A stretch of 64,000 nucleotides of DNA from Vicugna vicugna (lineage: Eukaryota): NCBI GenBank assembly GCA_013265495.1, contig MU061464.1:620001-684000 (forward strand), in the 5' to 3' direction. Positions 48,721-60,580 of the stretch are shown here, piece after piece. The notes under the pieces are model-generated. The model was given only the letters and a program-made list of their open reading frames with translations. It did no database searches and was not told where the DNA came from. A program made the position numbers and the translations under genes. Positions within the stretch are counted from its first letter, which is position 1. Every line of letters starts with the position of its first letter.

Positions 48721-50429
48721 CTTGTAAATCGACTGTATTTCAATTAAAAAACAAAGAACAAAAAAAAGCGAAGGGATATGATTCATACGAAAGGCTTAGT
48801 ACAGATTCAAGTCCTCCATAAATGGTAACAACCATCTTTCTAGAAATGATTCTGCATGGTTTCGAGCTCCAGGCATCATGCTCCTTGTCTGCCTCCCAAC
48901 CCTGCGAACCCGGGCACCCACATAAAAACTGTGTCTCACATACACTCACACATACACGCACACACACGCAGACTCAGTGGAGGGAGTGACCCCAGGGGGA
49001 CATGTCCCGGGACCCCTGGGGTGGCTCTGACCGTCTCTGACTGGGTCGCATGCCCATCCTCAGCCACACCCTGACTGGCCAGGCCTGGGGTACACGCCCA
49101 CCCCTGGGGACAGAGGAGGAACCAGCTTACTTAACTGACCCACTTGGGCTGAGCTCAGGTAGGTCTCCTAGCAAACTGTGGATGCTGTTTGCAGAACAAA
49201 AAGGAGTAGAATTAGAATGCACAACATGATCCCCTCCCCACTCTGGGCATTCTTCTTCCCTGGGCCATTGACCAGAGGGAACGTGGGATAAACTGATCCA
49301 GACTGCAATGACTTATTGAAAAATGACACTCCTATCTAAACTGCCCTGTTCAAACTGACAGTAATTCATAAAACTTGACTGTATCCAAACCCGGCACTCC
49401 AGTGAAAAGATAATGCAATGCATTATTAATATATATTAATAATTAAAACCTGCTCTTAGGGATACCCTGCTCTTCACTCAGCCGAAGATGTTAGATGATA
49501 GATGAGCAGCTGATCGGAAGGTCAGAGGTCGCGGGCGTCCTTGTGATCCAGCCAGCGCTGGAAAGCCGCTGCTGGCCTCCTGAGGAGGCTTCCACGGGTA
49601 TCAGTAAAGCACGATTTCAGTTCCAAACACTGACCCGAGTTCTAGTTCAGCGGACTTTGTGTTTTCTATTCACATTTAGCTTCCAGTGTTTTCCAATAGA
49701 GGTTAATGCAAGGAGATGACCCAAAGGATAAGGATGGAAAGATAATTCTTTCTACCACACGCCTTGTGGTACGCAGGTAATACAAACATAGGGGTGAGAA
49801 CAGTGCTGATAAATGCAAAGATCTATTAACCTACGGGGCCAGAGGAAGACCGTGTGGCGAGATCAGGGTCTGACTTCGGATTTAACTTGCTTTTACACAG
49901 ATGTCGCAGGGAGTTCAGAAGAATTCAGACTCCGATGTGATTAACCCGAGTGTCTGCTCCACGCGGGGTCCTGTGCCGGTCCCTTACCCAAGGTCTTACG
50001 GTCACGTCGAATCCCCCAGCATCGTGGGAGAAGGATGGGAAACCTCCTCCTGCTGAAGATGAGGAGATCGAGGTCAGGAAGATCAAGGCCACAGAGCTGC
50101 TTGGTGGGGCCGGAAGCGGGCCCGAGCCCCCTGCCCCAGCTCTCTCCGCTACAGCCCTCCCTTCCCGAGGCAGAATGTACCGTCCATCCAGCTCGATGTT
50201 TTTCAGTTATCACAGATAATGAGCTTTGGTTTTCATTTTTGAAAAACACAAGCGTGGCTTTACTAAACTGGAGCAAAAAACGTCGAGCACTTACCTTTCC
50301 CCTTCCCGGGAAGGCGGACCCCAAGGGGACCAAGACTTCAGAATCCGGGAAATGCAACTCCTCTAAAATCGGGGTTAATGACCAGCGTGTGCTCCTAGTG
50401 TTCAGTGCTTCAGGGGAGTAACCTGGGGG

Positions 50430-50660
50430 TTGAGCTTGGAGGAGCTGGTAAACAGCGTGGGCTTTGACTCTCTAGGACCTAGACCTGAAGACGGCGTAGG
50501 TAACCCTAAGCGGCCGGGCTCTGGAGGACCTTACGGAAACTCACCTGTGGAGTGAAGACCAGTGACAGTGCCTCCTGCGCAGGGTTACCGTGCGAAGTAA
50601 CTACGGCGATGCCCGTGCAGCACGTAGCGCACAGCCTGGCCCACGGCAAGGATGTCGTAA
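50430..50660 (+). mobile_element. MIR, GC-shifted
   Basis: cagcgtgggctttgactct...ctcacctgtggagtgaagaccagtgacagtgcctcctgcgcagggtt...gcacagcctggcccacgg. Confidence 0.5.
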
Positions 50661-51613
50661 GAGACAGAGATCTTATTAGTCATGCTGATGGTATTAAGAC
50701 CCGTGTTCCTTAAGACGGATCAGCAGTAAATCCCCTTGGTTGCAGAAGGGAAGTGTATTCATTTAGTTCCTAGACGTAGGATGCGCCAAGCTCATGATTT
50801 GGGGGGGCAGTGGGTGCAGCAGACAAGGCCATGAGGGGGAGACGGCAGCGTGTGCCATCACGGGGACACGGGTAAGGCGTGTCACGGGCAGAGCGGTATC
50901 CAAAATGCACCTGCTGCCCCACAAACATGGAGTGGTGGTGGTGGGGGCTCTCCTGTCAATAAAGCCATAGTGAGAAAAGCCTTTTGTAAATACAGCAAGC
51001 AGAAGTCAAGCAAAGAGAAATGCATGGTCTTTCCAGATCCAAGTCAGGAAAGGGTCAGGTCCAACTTGGGGAAGGGTCCAGAGCAGAACTGGCTTGTACA
51101 GTGAATGGTGGATTAAGTTACAAGGAGCACATTACTGAATATTTAAATAATTGGTATTGACTGAACCTATAACCCCAGGAATATCTGGGGTCGTGGCAAA
51201 GGCAAACCGGGTGTTGGTGGATTCACACGGCTCCACCTGCACGGCCTCTGTGTGGGGAGGAGCCCAGACCTGAGGAGGCTTTTGTGTGTCAGCTGCTTCT
51301 GTTTTCTTCCTGCTCCTTGTCAACACCAAGGAGGACCAAGCTCACCTGGCGCCTGGGATGGGCGGAAGACCCAACCGTCCGCATCAGGATCTGGGCCCCT
51401 TGCCAGTCTGTCCCTTTAATCAGTGATCTTTGGGGGGAACGCACACGCCTGCCACGGTGGGAAGAAGGGTGGGCGCTGGGGAGAAGTTAGAAAGTTTTGT
51501 CTGAGAATAGAGTCACGTTGCCTTTGGATGGCGCTCTGTCGGGGAGACAGGGAATCTCCAAGTCCTGAGAAGGAGGAATGGTGCCTGGCAGGAAGAGGAC
51601 AGTCTGCAGAGTC

Positions 51614-51714
51614 AGGGGAGGGAGGGAGAGAGAGAAGGAGGAGGGAGGGCAGAAAAGGAGAAGAAAAAGGAGGAAGAGGAAGAGGGAAGAAGGAAGGAAG
51701 GAAAGAAAACAAAG
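51614..51714. repeat. Polypurine (GA-rich) tract
   Basis: About 100 purines with only two C interruptions (51650, 51710). Confidence 0.95.
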
Positions 51715-52039
51715 TTAGATCATTGGCTTTAAGCTTGATTATTTCAGCTGATGAAAAAGTGCTAAAGTCACTGATAAGATGGGGGTGGGGAGGGGGCACG
51801 TGCACACCTCTGCAGGTAACGTCTCTGAGCCAAAAGCGCCCCGGGTGGCAGGAGGGGCACCAGAGGGCAGCCCTCCCGCCGCGCCTCTGTCCGCGGTGCT
51901 CCCCGTGGGCGCCGCCGAGGGGCTGGCGGCCCGTGCACTCGGGCGCCTGGGCTGCTTCGCCCGCAGCAAGCGCGTTGCTTCGCTGTTCCTTCCTGTGATT
52001 CCTCTGTCATACTGGACTCCTGATCCGGAATTCAGGAGA

Positions 52040-52200
52040 CTTGGATTTAGATATGACGTTGCTGGGGACCACAGGGGAGTTTCTTAACTTTTCTGAGCTT
52101 TTGCTTCCTCACTTATAAAAGGAACGGATGGCAGGTTTTTGTAAGGCAGCTGTTAGGACGCAGTGGGAATTTGCACATGAAACTACTTGCCATGCGGACG
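52040..52200 (+). mobile_element. MIR
   Basis: cttaacttttctgagcttttgcttcctcacttataaaa...ttttgtaaggcagctgttaggacgc. Confidence 0.45.
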
Positions 52201-54739
52201 TAGCTGGAGAGCCTAAGTTATCAGAAGACAGCACTGGGCAGCGGAGGGGGCTGAGGTCTTGGACTAGCGGCACCTGCGTCTGAGCCGAGGACTCCCTGTC
52301 ACCAGCGTGCTTTGTGGGGCAAGTTATCTAAAATCGCGATCCTCTAGGCTGTCACTGAAACCACAGTCATAGTCCCTGCATCCCGGCGGCGCCGTGCGAG
52401 GAGCTGAGACACTATCGAGGGGTTATTCTTACAACTGATTCAGCATTTACTGGGCTTCTAATACATGCCCGAAATTCAAAAAATAAAAATAGTTTCTGAT
52501 TTCAAGAAACTTACCAGCTCATGGAGGGGATGAGATTATATACAAATAAAAAGAGGAAAATAGATCGGTTTGGACGTGCTGGTGGGGGGAGGTACCAAGT
52601 GCTGGGGAGCAGAGAAGAGATCTGTCTCCAGCACTGCCCTGGGGACAGGAGTCCTGCAGGCCCATGACAGGGGGGTCACTCCAGCAGAAGGAGGGGACGA
52701 GGGATGGGCAGCCGTCCAGAGGTCGGCCCGCGGGGACTCAGAGTGAGAGGAGGGGCAACAGACAAGAACAGAGATCCAGGACCACAACACGTTCACCAGC
52801 AACGAAAAAAAACTTCAGATGAATAAATTGCAAAGGTCTTATTGGCTTTTTCAATGATTCATGAACTGGGCAGCATCCAGTCCAGCAGACAGAAGGAAGC
52901 TCTGAGCAGCTGTGCAGGAGACAGATGTGCACAGGCAGAGGGAGCAGGAGCGAGGAGGTTACTTAAAGCAGACGGACCACCTGACCAGGCATCCTGTGAT
53001 CAGCGGGTTTACGGCGCCACTTCTGGGGCGGCCGGACCTGTAGCTAAATCCTGGTTGGGTGTGTGGGGCCCAGCGCCTCCGTTTGGGGCTTGTTGTCTTG
53101 CTTCTCACACCCGCTAAGAAATACGCATTTTTATTGCAGTTTTTCTCTTAATTTGAGCTCTCTCTGACAGACCGGGATCAACTGGCTTGTAAAAGTGAGA
53201 AGTTCGTGTCACACAACTGGCTTTTCCGGGGGGAAGACTTCCCAGATTTATAAAGAAGGGGAGTTTGCTCATAAAAAAAACTGGTCTCCCCTGTACTGTC
53301 CGCGTCCCTGACACAGATGCGCGAGGGATAACCATGTCTTGAATTTTCTGTGCAGGTTATTTATAGAACAAAGCAGAGAGGCTGTAGGTGCCGTGTTGCT
53401 CAGCCGCGTGACCCCCCAGCTCATCCATTCTCTCGGCCTGCGCGGCTGCCTGGCCCCGCGCGGCTGCCGGGTGGGCGGACACAGCCCTCTGCGGGATGTG
53501 GAGCTGCTTCGTGATCCCCGAGCGGTGGCACCTCGCACTGTCCCATTAGAGAGGCGTGTGCAGCCCACGTGTTGGGCGTGTTGATGCAAGCTTGGGAGGG
53601 AAAACATAATTCACTCTTGCCAGTGACAGAAGCGTTAGCACTTACTTGAAATAGCTGCTAATCTGACACAGGAGAGGTAAAGGATTGCTGTGTATCATTT
53701 GGCTAATAAGAAAAGCTGTTTAAAAGCTACATTAAAAAGACTTAATGCATGGCGACTGAGGACTGCTTTAACGTGTTCTGTGTCATCAGCTATTAGAATC
53801 TTCCTCCCTCTTGTTATGCTACCAGAGATTTCTGCCTCTCCCCTCCGGGAAGAGGTTGTAGGGGGCAACGCCCACTCACAGAGGCGGTCCAGACAAACGT
53901 TCCTTCAGTACACATGCCTCGAGCGCCTACTGTGCGCCAGGCACCCTGCCGCGCAGGGGAGAATCAAGGATAAAAGAGACGTGGTCCCTGACTTCTGAAC
54001 AGTGGCTTGGTTTTTGGAAAGAACTGATTGGAGAAGACAATAGACAAAAGGTTTTTTAAAAGTTGTGTGAGATTTCGTTGCTCTAGGAAATATCCTTATT
54101 CGATTTTGATTTAATAGGAAACCAAGGCCTAGAAAGCTGAGTGACCCCCCGAGGGCATGGAGGCTAACTACTGGGAAATCTGTGCCCGGGTCCCCGACCT
54201 TCGGCTTCTCGTTTTGTCACTGGCGCAGCGTTTCCTGCAGCCCCCACCCCTGCGGCAAGGGTGGGTGTTCTGTCCTCACAACCCCCTCACGACGGCAAGT
54301 ATCTGTTCCTCCCCGGGACCTCTGCCAGCAGCGAGGGACGAAGCTGGGCACTGAGTTCCGAGGGCTGCGGCCAGTGACAAGACAGGCCTTGGTTTACCAT
54401 GCTATGGGACTCGCTGTGTGTGCCGGGACCGGGTGACCATACAGAGTGGTTCAGACCGGAGTGTCCTCTGGCCGGACCGAGCAGAGCGGCAGGCACCGTC
54501 TCCCGGGCGGCCCTGAGCCGGGAGCGCAGCCTGGCCCTGCAGAGCCGCTCCCCGTGGCTCTGCATTCCCGCCCCACTCCCGCCCCAGTGTCTTCCAGCCC
54601 GCGGGCCACACTGCACTGTCCCTGGAGGTCAGCTCTTTCGTGTCTCAACCCTCGTGAGACACAGAAATGCCGACCCCCGGGAAGCGCGCAGACCCTCCCT
54701 GTGGAGCAGGCTGAGGCTGGGCGGCTCGTCGCCGGTTAC

Positions 54740-54880
54740 ACATCACTCTAACCCCGACAGCGGTGAGGCCGGCACGTCCTCCTTTTCCAGGTGGGGACAA
54801 CGGAACAGGTGCGAATAAGGTGTAGAACTAGCCAGAGGTAAGAATTAGGGTGAAACCCAGGCACGCGGACTCCCAGGCTG
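54740..54880 (-). mobile_element. MIR carrying candidate + strand splice sites
   Basis: Antisense MIR layout (cctccttttccaggtggggacaac...gaaacccaggc); acceptor AG at 54789-54790, donor GAG|GTAAGA with GT at 54838-54839. Confidence 0.5.
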
Positions 54881-57469
54881 TCCCTGTCCTGGACCCTCAC
54901 CCCGGCTCCCGTGCCCCACGTGGCTGCGGGGCTGCCGTGAGAGCTAAAAGCACCCGTGCGGACGGGACTCAGACATCTAACAAGAGGGCTTCCTTGCTGC
55001 CGTGAGCAGGAAGCCCCGCCTCCCTGGTTTAGCCCTGATAGGGAAAGTCTCACTGACTCAGAGGACGCTCAGACATAAAGCAGAGACCTATTTCTAGCAA
55101 GAACAGCAGACTGGGAGGCCGGGTGCAGAGACCACCCCCCTTTGCTCATCACCGCGCTCCCAGCCCCGGCACGCTCCTCGCGCGCCGGCACGCCGAACGC
55201 TCGTCAGGAGAACGGAGCAGTGAGCGGAGGCAATAAGGCAACTGTTTCTACTCTCAGATGAACACAGTCAGGGCGGGTGATGCAAGCCGTGGGGCTCAGT
55301 GCAATTAAAACACGGGGCCCCTGGGGAAACGGCCGGAAAGAGTGCTGCAAGTTTCTAAAATGCAAAGCTTTCTTCCCTCCTTGTACAGTCTTTCTCTTTC
55401 AGTTTGTCATAGTGTTTTTCATTTGGTATTTTATGTCATTGCAAATAAAGAGAAACTTAAATTATTGGCATGAATTCCATTGCTCATCATTATACTGTGC
55501 AATGCCCATTTTAAAGGCAAAGATAAGTGCACTGAACATGTTTGCAGGTCACTGAAATCACTCAATTTGTATTTTACAGCTTGTACACGCGTGTGCATTA
55601 CCAGAAGACTGGGAACCCTGCACAAAATTAACTCTCCTTCACTTCTCGATACGTGTACGCTCTGCTAACACTTTCCACCTGTGGCTTCCCGAGAAGGAAG
55701 GAAGATGAAGGCAAGAGGACTGAAGGCTTGCCGTCTTTCCTCTCCTCCTGTGCCGTCGCTGTCGGTGTAAGTGAAGGGGGTGAGGAAGGGCCTGGCGGTG
55801 CTTCCTGGCATTTGTATTTTTCAGAATGCCTCTGACTTCCTTCTGCTTTTGAAGCAGCATTTGGTTCATCTCAGTCACAGACAGAACACACTCACCCTGG
55901 GCCTGCTCTGAGAGTGCTGAACTCCCACACGCCATGGGTCCCCTGGAGCCCTGTGCTCATGGGGTGCTGTGGACGCCACGTGCAAATGGAACGACATGGA
56001 AAGGAGAAGACACGTGTGAACATAGCTCCTCCACCCCAGCTCACGCTCCACTGTTCCCCAGGCTGGACTCACAAAACACAAGGTCAAAGATAAAATTATT
56101 AAAAATTTCAGTGCAGTGACAGGAGGCCATGAAACCAAGCACAGGGCCAACCACACAGGACTGCACACCCGTGAGGCCCGCTCTGCCAGCTAACGGCCGG
56201 GGTCAGCGGGCAGAGCTCTGGTCCAGCTCATCCTGACGTACAGCAGAAGCGCATTCAAAATCAACAGTTGTCATTGCCAAAAACTCTAGGAATAACACAG
56301 CTTAAATAACAATGTCCATTCAGCACACATTTATTGCCTGCCTGGGATGAAGCAGACGTGCGTCTTCCCCAAGCTTGTTTATGATATACATTTATGTTAT
56401 ATAATACAAATTGATTTTCTTCGTTGCTCAGTTAGTACACAAGTAAGTTTCAAACAACTGGTGTGCTTATTATAAATTCCAAAGGAGCTGAGTCTGGCTA
56501 AATGATACTTTCCCGTCTAAGCAGAAACGTCTCAGCTGTGGGTCTCGGGACTTGGAAACCCTTGTGGTAAGGGGATTCACTTCTGAGGAAATGAAGACCT
56601 TTAAGGAGAATGAAGAATTAAGACGAAGGTCAGGACTATTCATATGAAAGCTCTTACAGATACTTTCGTATTAAAGAGGACGAGCCATAAAAGTAGACAC
56701 TAAATGCGGCCGGTCGGAGCTCCCCCATCAGCAGCGATGCACGTTACACTTAGCCGCCTTTCTGCATTTAGTCTGAGGAACCGTTCAGTACCTGCCTTCC
56801 CCACTGTTTCAACAGGATGGCTGTTGACTTGCTCTGCTTCATTAAAGGTGATATGCATGCTGACGAGCGTTGTTATGTGATTCGCATCCTCCAGCCAAAT
56901 GTCCGTGCCTTTCTCATTCTGTGGCTGGGAGCCCTCCTTTCTGATGTCATCTCCAGTCTGTGCAGTGGAATCAAAGTGACTCAGCCGCGGGAGCTGGAAA
57001 AGGCCTTGGAGAGCCTCACCTGTGCTCTGCTGAGGAGGTAGCCGGACCCCCCCCCCCGGCTCGGGGACTAGACTCATGGGTCTGCGCGAGCGAGCTCCCC
57101 TCCCGGCTCCCCCTGCCAGCCCCCAACGCCCTCCTCAGAGACAGGGGGAGTTCTGAGGCAGGACCGCCTCCCCTCCTCTTCCCTTATCTTTCCCAAGGCT
57201 GCAGTGCAAAACCTTCTCCTTTTTCTTTGCCATCTGTTTCACCTCCCGTCTCTATTCCCAAACCCCGGTTCTCTCTTTTTAAAATTACTCCCAACAGGAC
57301 AGGCCTGCCATTCATGTGTCTGCAGCCAAGCTGCCAGAAAGGTGCAGAGCAGTAGATCTGTGTACACTTGAATCTTTCTTAAGGGACATTTGCAATTACT
57401 AGGGCTAACTGTCTACTTCTCCTTTGTGTGGAGAGAGTATGTGTTTGGATCAGAGAGGTGTATTTTTAG

Positions 57470-57620
57470 ATTTTGGCTCTGCTCCCTTGGTAGAAAAATG
57501 ACTGACCTTGGGCAGATGCACTCAGCTTCTCTGAGCCTCGGATTTCTCAACTGCCCCCAGACGGAAACAACAGTGCCTGCCTCGCAGGCGCCAGGACGGC
57601 TGCTGAACTCAAGAGGCAGG
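57470..57620 (+). mobile_element. MIR
   Basis: tgaccttgggcagatgcactcagcttctctgagcctcggatttctcaactg. Confidence 0.6.
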
Positions 57621-59520
57621 TTGCAGAGCGCATACACAGTATGGCGTCCCTCATGTAAACGTGCGTGCGTGTGTAGAAAGGAGGGTGTGGACGGGTTTTC
57701 AACAAAATGCTGGGCAGCTGGCTTTGGGAGACGTCTGCGTTCACCCTTTCATCTTCCTGTGATGTTTGAATGTTCTACTGATTCCTATTTTAGCAAAGGA
57801 AATAGGAATGTTTCAACCTTAGCTAACAAGATTGCTGTAGCCTTAAAAAAGACAGTTTTATATGTAAACACACACACACGCAGACACATACGTGGATGTG
57901 TCTATATACTTACGTGCATGTAAGTGTGTACGTGTACCTGCGCGTGTGTGTAAACACACGTCTGCAATGTATCACATTTCTGCTAAATGCCAGGCATTGT
58001 GCTGGGGTTCTCTGTGCCTCTTGCTTAATTTAATCCTTACAGCATCTTAAAAGATTGCCATCGCTCTTGCCCGAGCATGGGGCCCATTCGCAGTGCGCGT
58101 CTGGGAGACGCGGGCTCTCCTTCCTCCTTCTGTGCTGTGTGAGTGCTTGGTTTTCCCTTTCTTATTATATTCTTATCACCAGACCTGGGAGCAACGGCTG
58201 CTGTGTTTTCAGGGCTTTGGGCACTGAACACTGCATTAAGCGTTCTGGGGGTGATGTGGTCCAGGCAAGTATTTCACGTACGATGTGGGGGAAAGGCCTT
58301 TGCTGCTTTAACGTTCGCTAACTCTGGTCTCTCTGTAAAGCTTCAGGTGGCTTTCTAGTTCTCTAACGGCTGCTCTAGCCAGCTCTGTAACAGGACAGAA
58401 CCCGAGGTCTGCTTAACACTGATGCGCATTATCAATCGCTACCTTCTGCTGTATAGATGTTAGCCAGGTTGTTCCCATTCTAAAAGAGACATACGGTAGC
58501 AAGCACTTAAACTGTGACGGAATGGACTGGAGCCGTGGAACCATTCCCTTTCTTCTAGGACGTCTTCCGCACCTCTCCGAGCATTAATTACCCAACTTTC
58601 AGACCCTGCCGATCAACGATTATTCACGACTGGGACCCACCAGCAGCTAGTAAGTGCTTTCTGCAATTTGCAGGTCACTCTGTAGCTGGAGGGTCTCCAC
58701 CCTGCCGCACGGAGAGCCCTTCTGCAGAGCGTAAGTGGGCATTTCTCAGCTGTGCTCCGCAGGGGAGAGGCAATTCCAAGAAGGGCAGAGAGAGAGATGG
58801 AAAAGGGGAGTTTCAGCCTTTATGGAGGAGAGTGTGTATTTACTCTTTCAAAAAGTAAACCTTTGAAAAAAATATTTACAAAGAAAGAAAGTGCACAGTG
58901 GCTCCGAGCAGCGGAGGGCGGCTGACGGGCCCTGGGTGACAGGGCAGATGTCACGGAGGGAAGATTCCGTTGCTGCTGAAGGGCAGAGCCGACCTAAAAT
59001 GCCAGCGCAACTTCTGCGTTTCTCTGACACACCTACTGCCGACAACCCAAGCGCTGAATTGCTGTAAACACAGGGCGGCGTGCTTTAGAAGACCAGGCGA
59101 CAGCCCGAGGGGAGCCGAGGGTGGGTCCGCACTGATCACATCCAAAAGCTGTTTGGCGGCTCTTTCCTTTCCCGGCCCAAACCTACCCTTCAGCCTCCCA
59201 CATCCTCGGATGACCCCATGGCCAACAAGACAGAACCTCTCTGGGCGTCTTAATTAAACTTCATTGTCGTGTCGCCGCCCTCAGTCAGGGATGCCACTGA
59301 AAGGATGCTGAAAGGGAGGGAAGACGCACCGAATGACCTCTACTGCCAAGGCCCCTCCAGGTCGGCGGTCTCTGGTGTTTCGTTAAAGTGGTAAAGATGC
59401 AGACCTGTCCTCTCCCACATGTGGTCTACTTAATAAACGCCAACAGCATGCACATTTCAGAAAAGCTTCCCCCGAAGTACGAGGGAAGGCCAGCTTGCGT
59501 GTCTACATGGACAGAAAGGA

Positions 59521-59549
59521 ACACACACACACACACACACACACACACA
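59521..59549. repeat. (AC)n microsatellite
   Basis: Perfect AC run. Confidence 0.97.
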
Positions 59550-59844
59550 TTGCATCTAAAGATCTCGAAATTGGAACTTGGCAAAGAATTTTCACTTCTC
59601 TTTAGCAAATGTGAAATCTAATCTACAGATAAGCTCTGTATGTGAGGGCTGGCCCTGCTTTGGAAGCCAGCAGTCTGCACAGACATCTGTGGCCGGCCGA
59701 CAGTTGTCTCCAGCTGAACGTTTCCCACTGGCCTGGCCCTGTGTTCCAGGAGGAGGCCAGCTCCACGCCAGGGGCGCAGAGGCAGCACGGACACTGAGAG
59801 GAGGCACCAGTGGAACAAAAAACAAGTATGACTCAAAAAAGTCT

Positions 59845-60140
59845 TTGAGGCATGATGTAAGTACAGCACAGTGCCTAATCTTAAGTGTTCGGCTTGATAC
59901 AGGTTCACTCTACCCAATGCAAGATCTGGGGCATTTTAAGCCTCCAGAGGGCTCCCTCGGCCCTTTCTCGCCAGCACCTCTTCCCCAGAGGTGACCGCTG
60001 CCCTTCCGCCTGTCCCCGAGGACTGGTCTAGCCTGTTGCTGAACTTCATGCAGATGGAGTTGAACCGCCTTTACCCTTGTTTTGCTCGCTTCCTCCTCTC
60101 CACATTCTGTCTGTGAGATCCTGCCACTGAAGGGCTCATG
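59845..60140 (-). mobile_element. Old L1 3'UTR fragment
   Basis: ttgaggcatgatgtaagtacagcacagtgcctaatcttaagtgttcggcttga...ccagagggctccctc...ccagaggtgaccgctg. Confidence 0.6.
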
Positions 60141-60399
60141 GGATGCGATTTTCAAAAACGTCCAGAAATCACATATCCAAAAGTGTTTTTGCCTTTGAAA
60201 TGGTCCCCTGGGAGACTGCACGCTTACCTGAGGATGTGGCGATGCTCCGCGGCCGCAGGGCGCACCTGCAGGGGCATCTCAGAGCTGCGTTTAGTGACTG
60301 ACACCACCCCGAACTGGAACATCCTCTTTTCTTCGTCAGATTTGTTTCTAAGTTGCTTTTGCAGAATGAAATTTGCTCTGAGAAGATAATAGTAATAAC

Positions 60400-60580
60400 T
60401 AACATGTGCGACACCAAGCTCTACGTGGATAACCTCATTTAATCCTCACAACGCACCTAATGCTCTTCCCAGTGTGAAAACACTGACACTGAGGCTCAGA
60501 CGGAGTAAATCACTCGCCCAAGAGCGGTACACCTAGTAAATCATGGAGCTGGGGTTTCAGCCCAAGCTCACTGAGTTTAT
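60400..60580 (-). mobile_element. MIR
   Basis: cctcatttaatcctcacaac...cactgaggctcagacggagtaaatcactcgcccaag...gagctggggtttcagcccaag. Confidence 0.65.

Noticed and set aside
51856-51872. CTCF-like motif gcaccagagggcagc
   Set aside because: Mismatch in the core; such hits are frequent in GC-rich DNA and need ChIP support.
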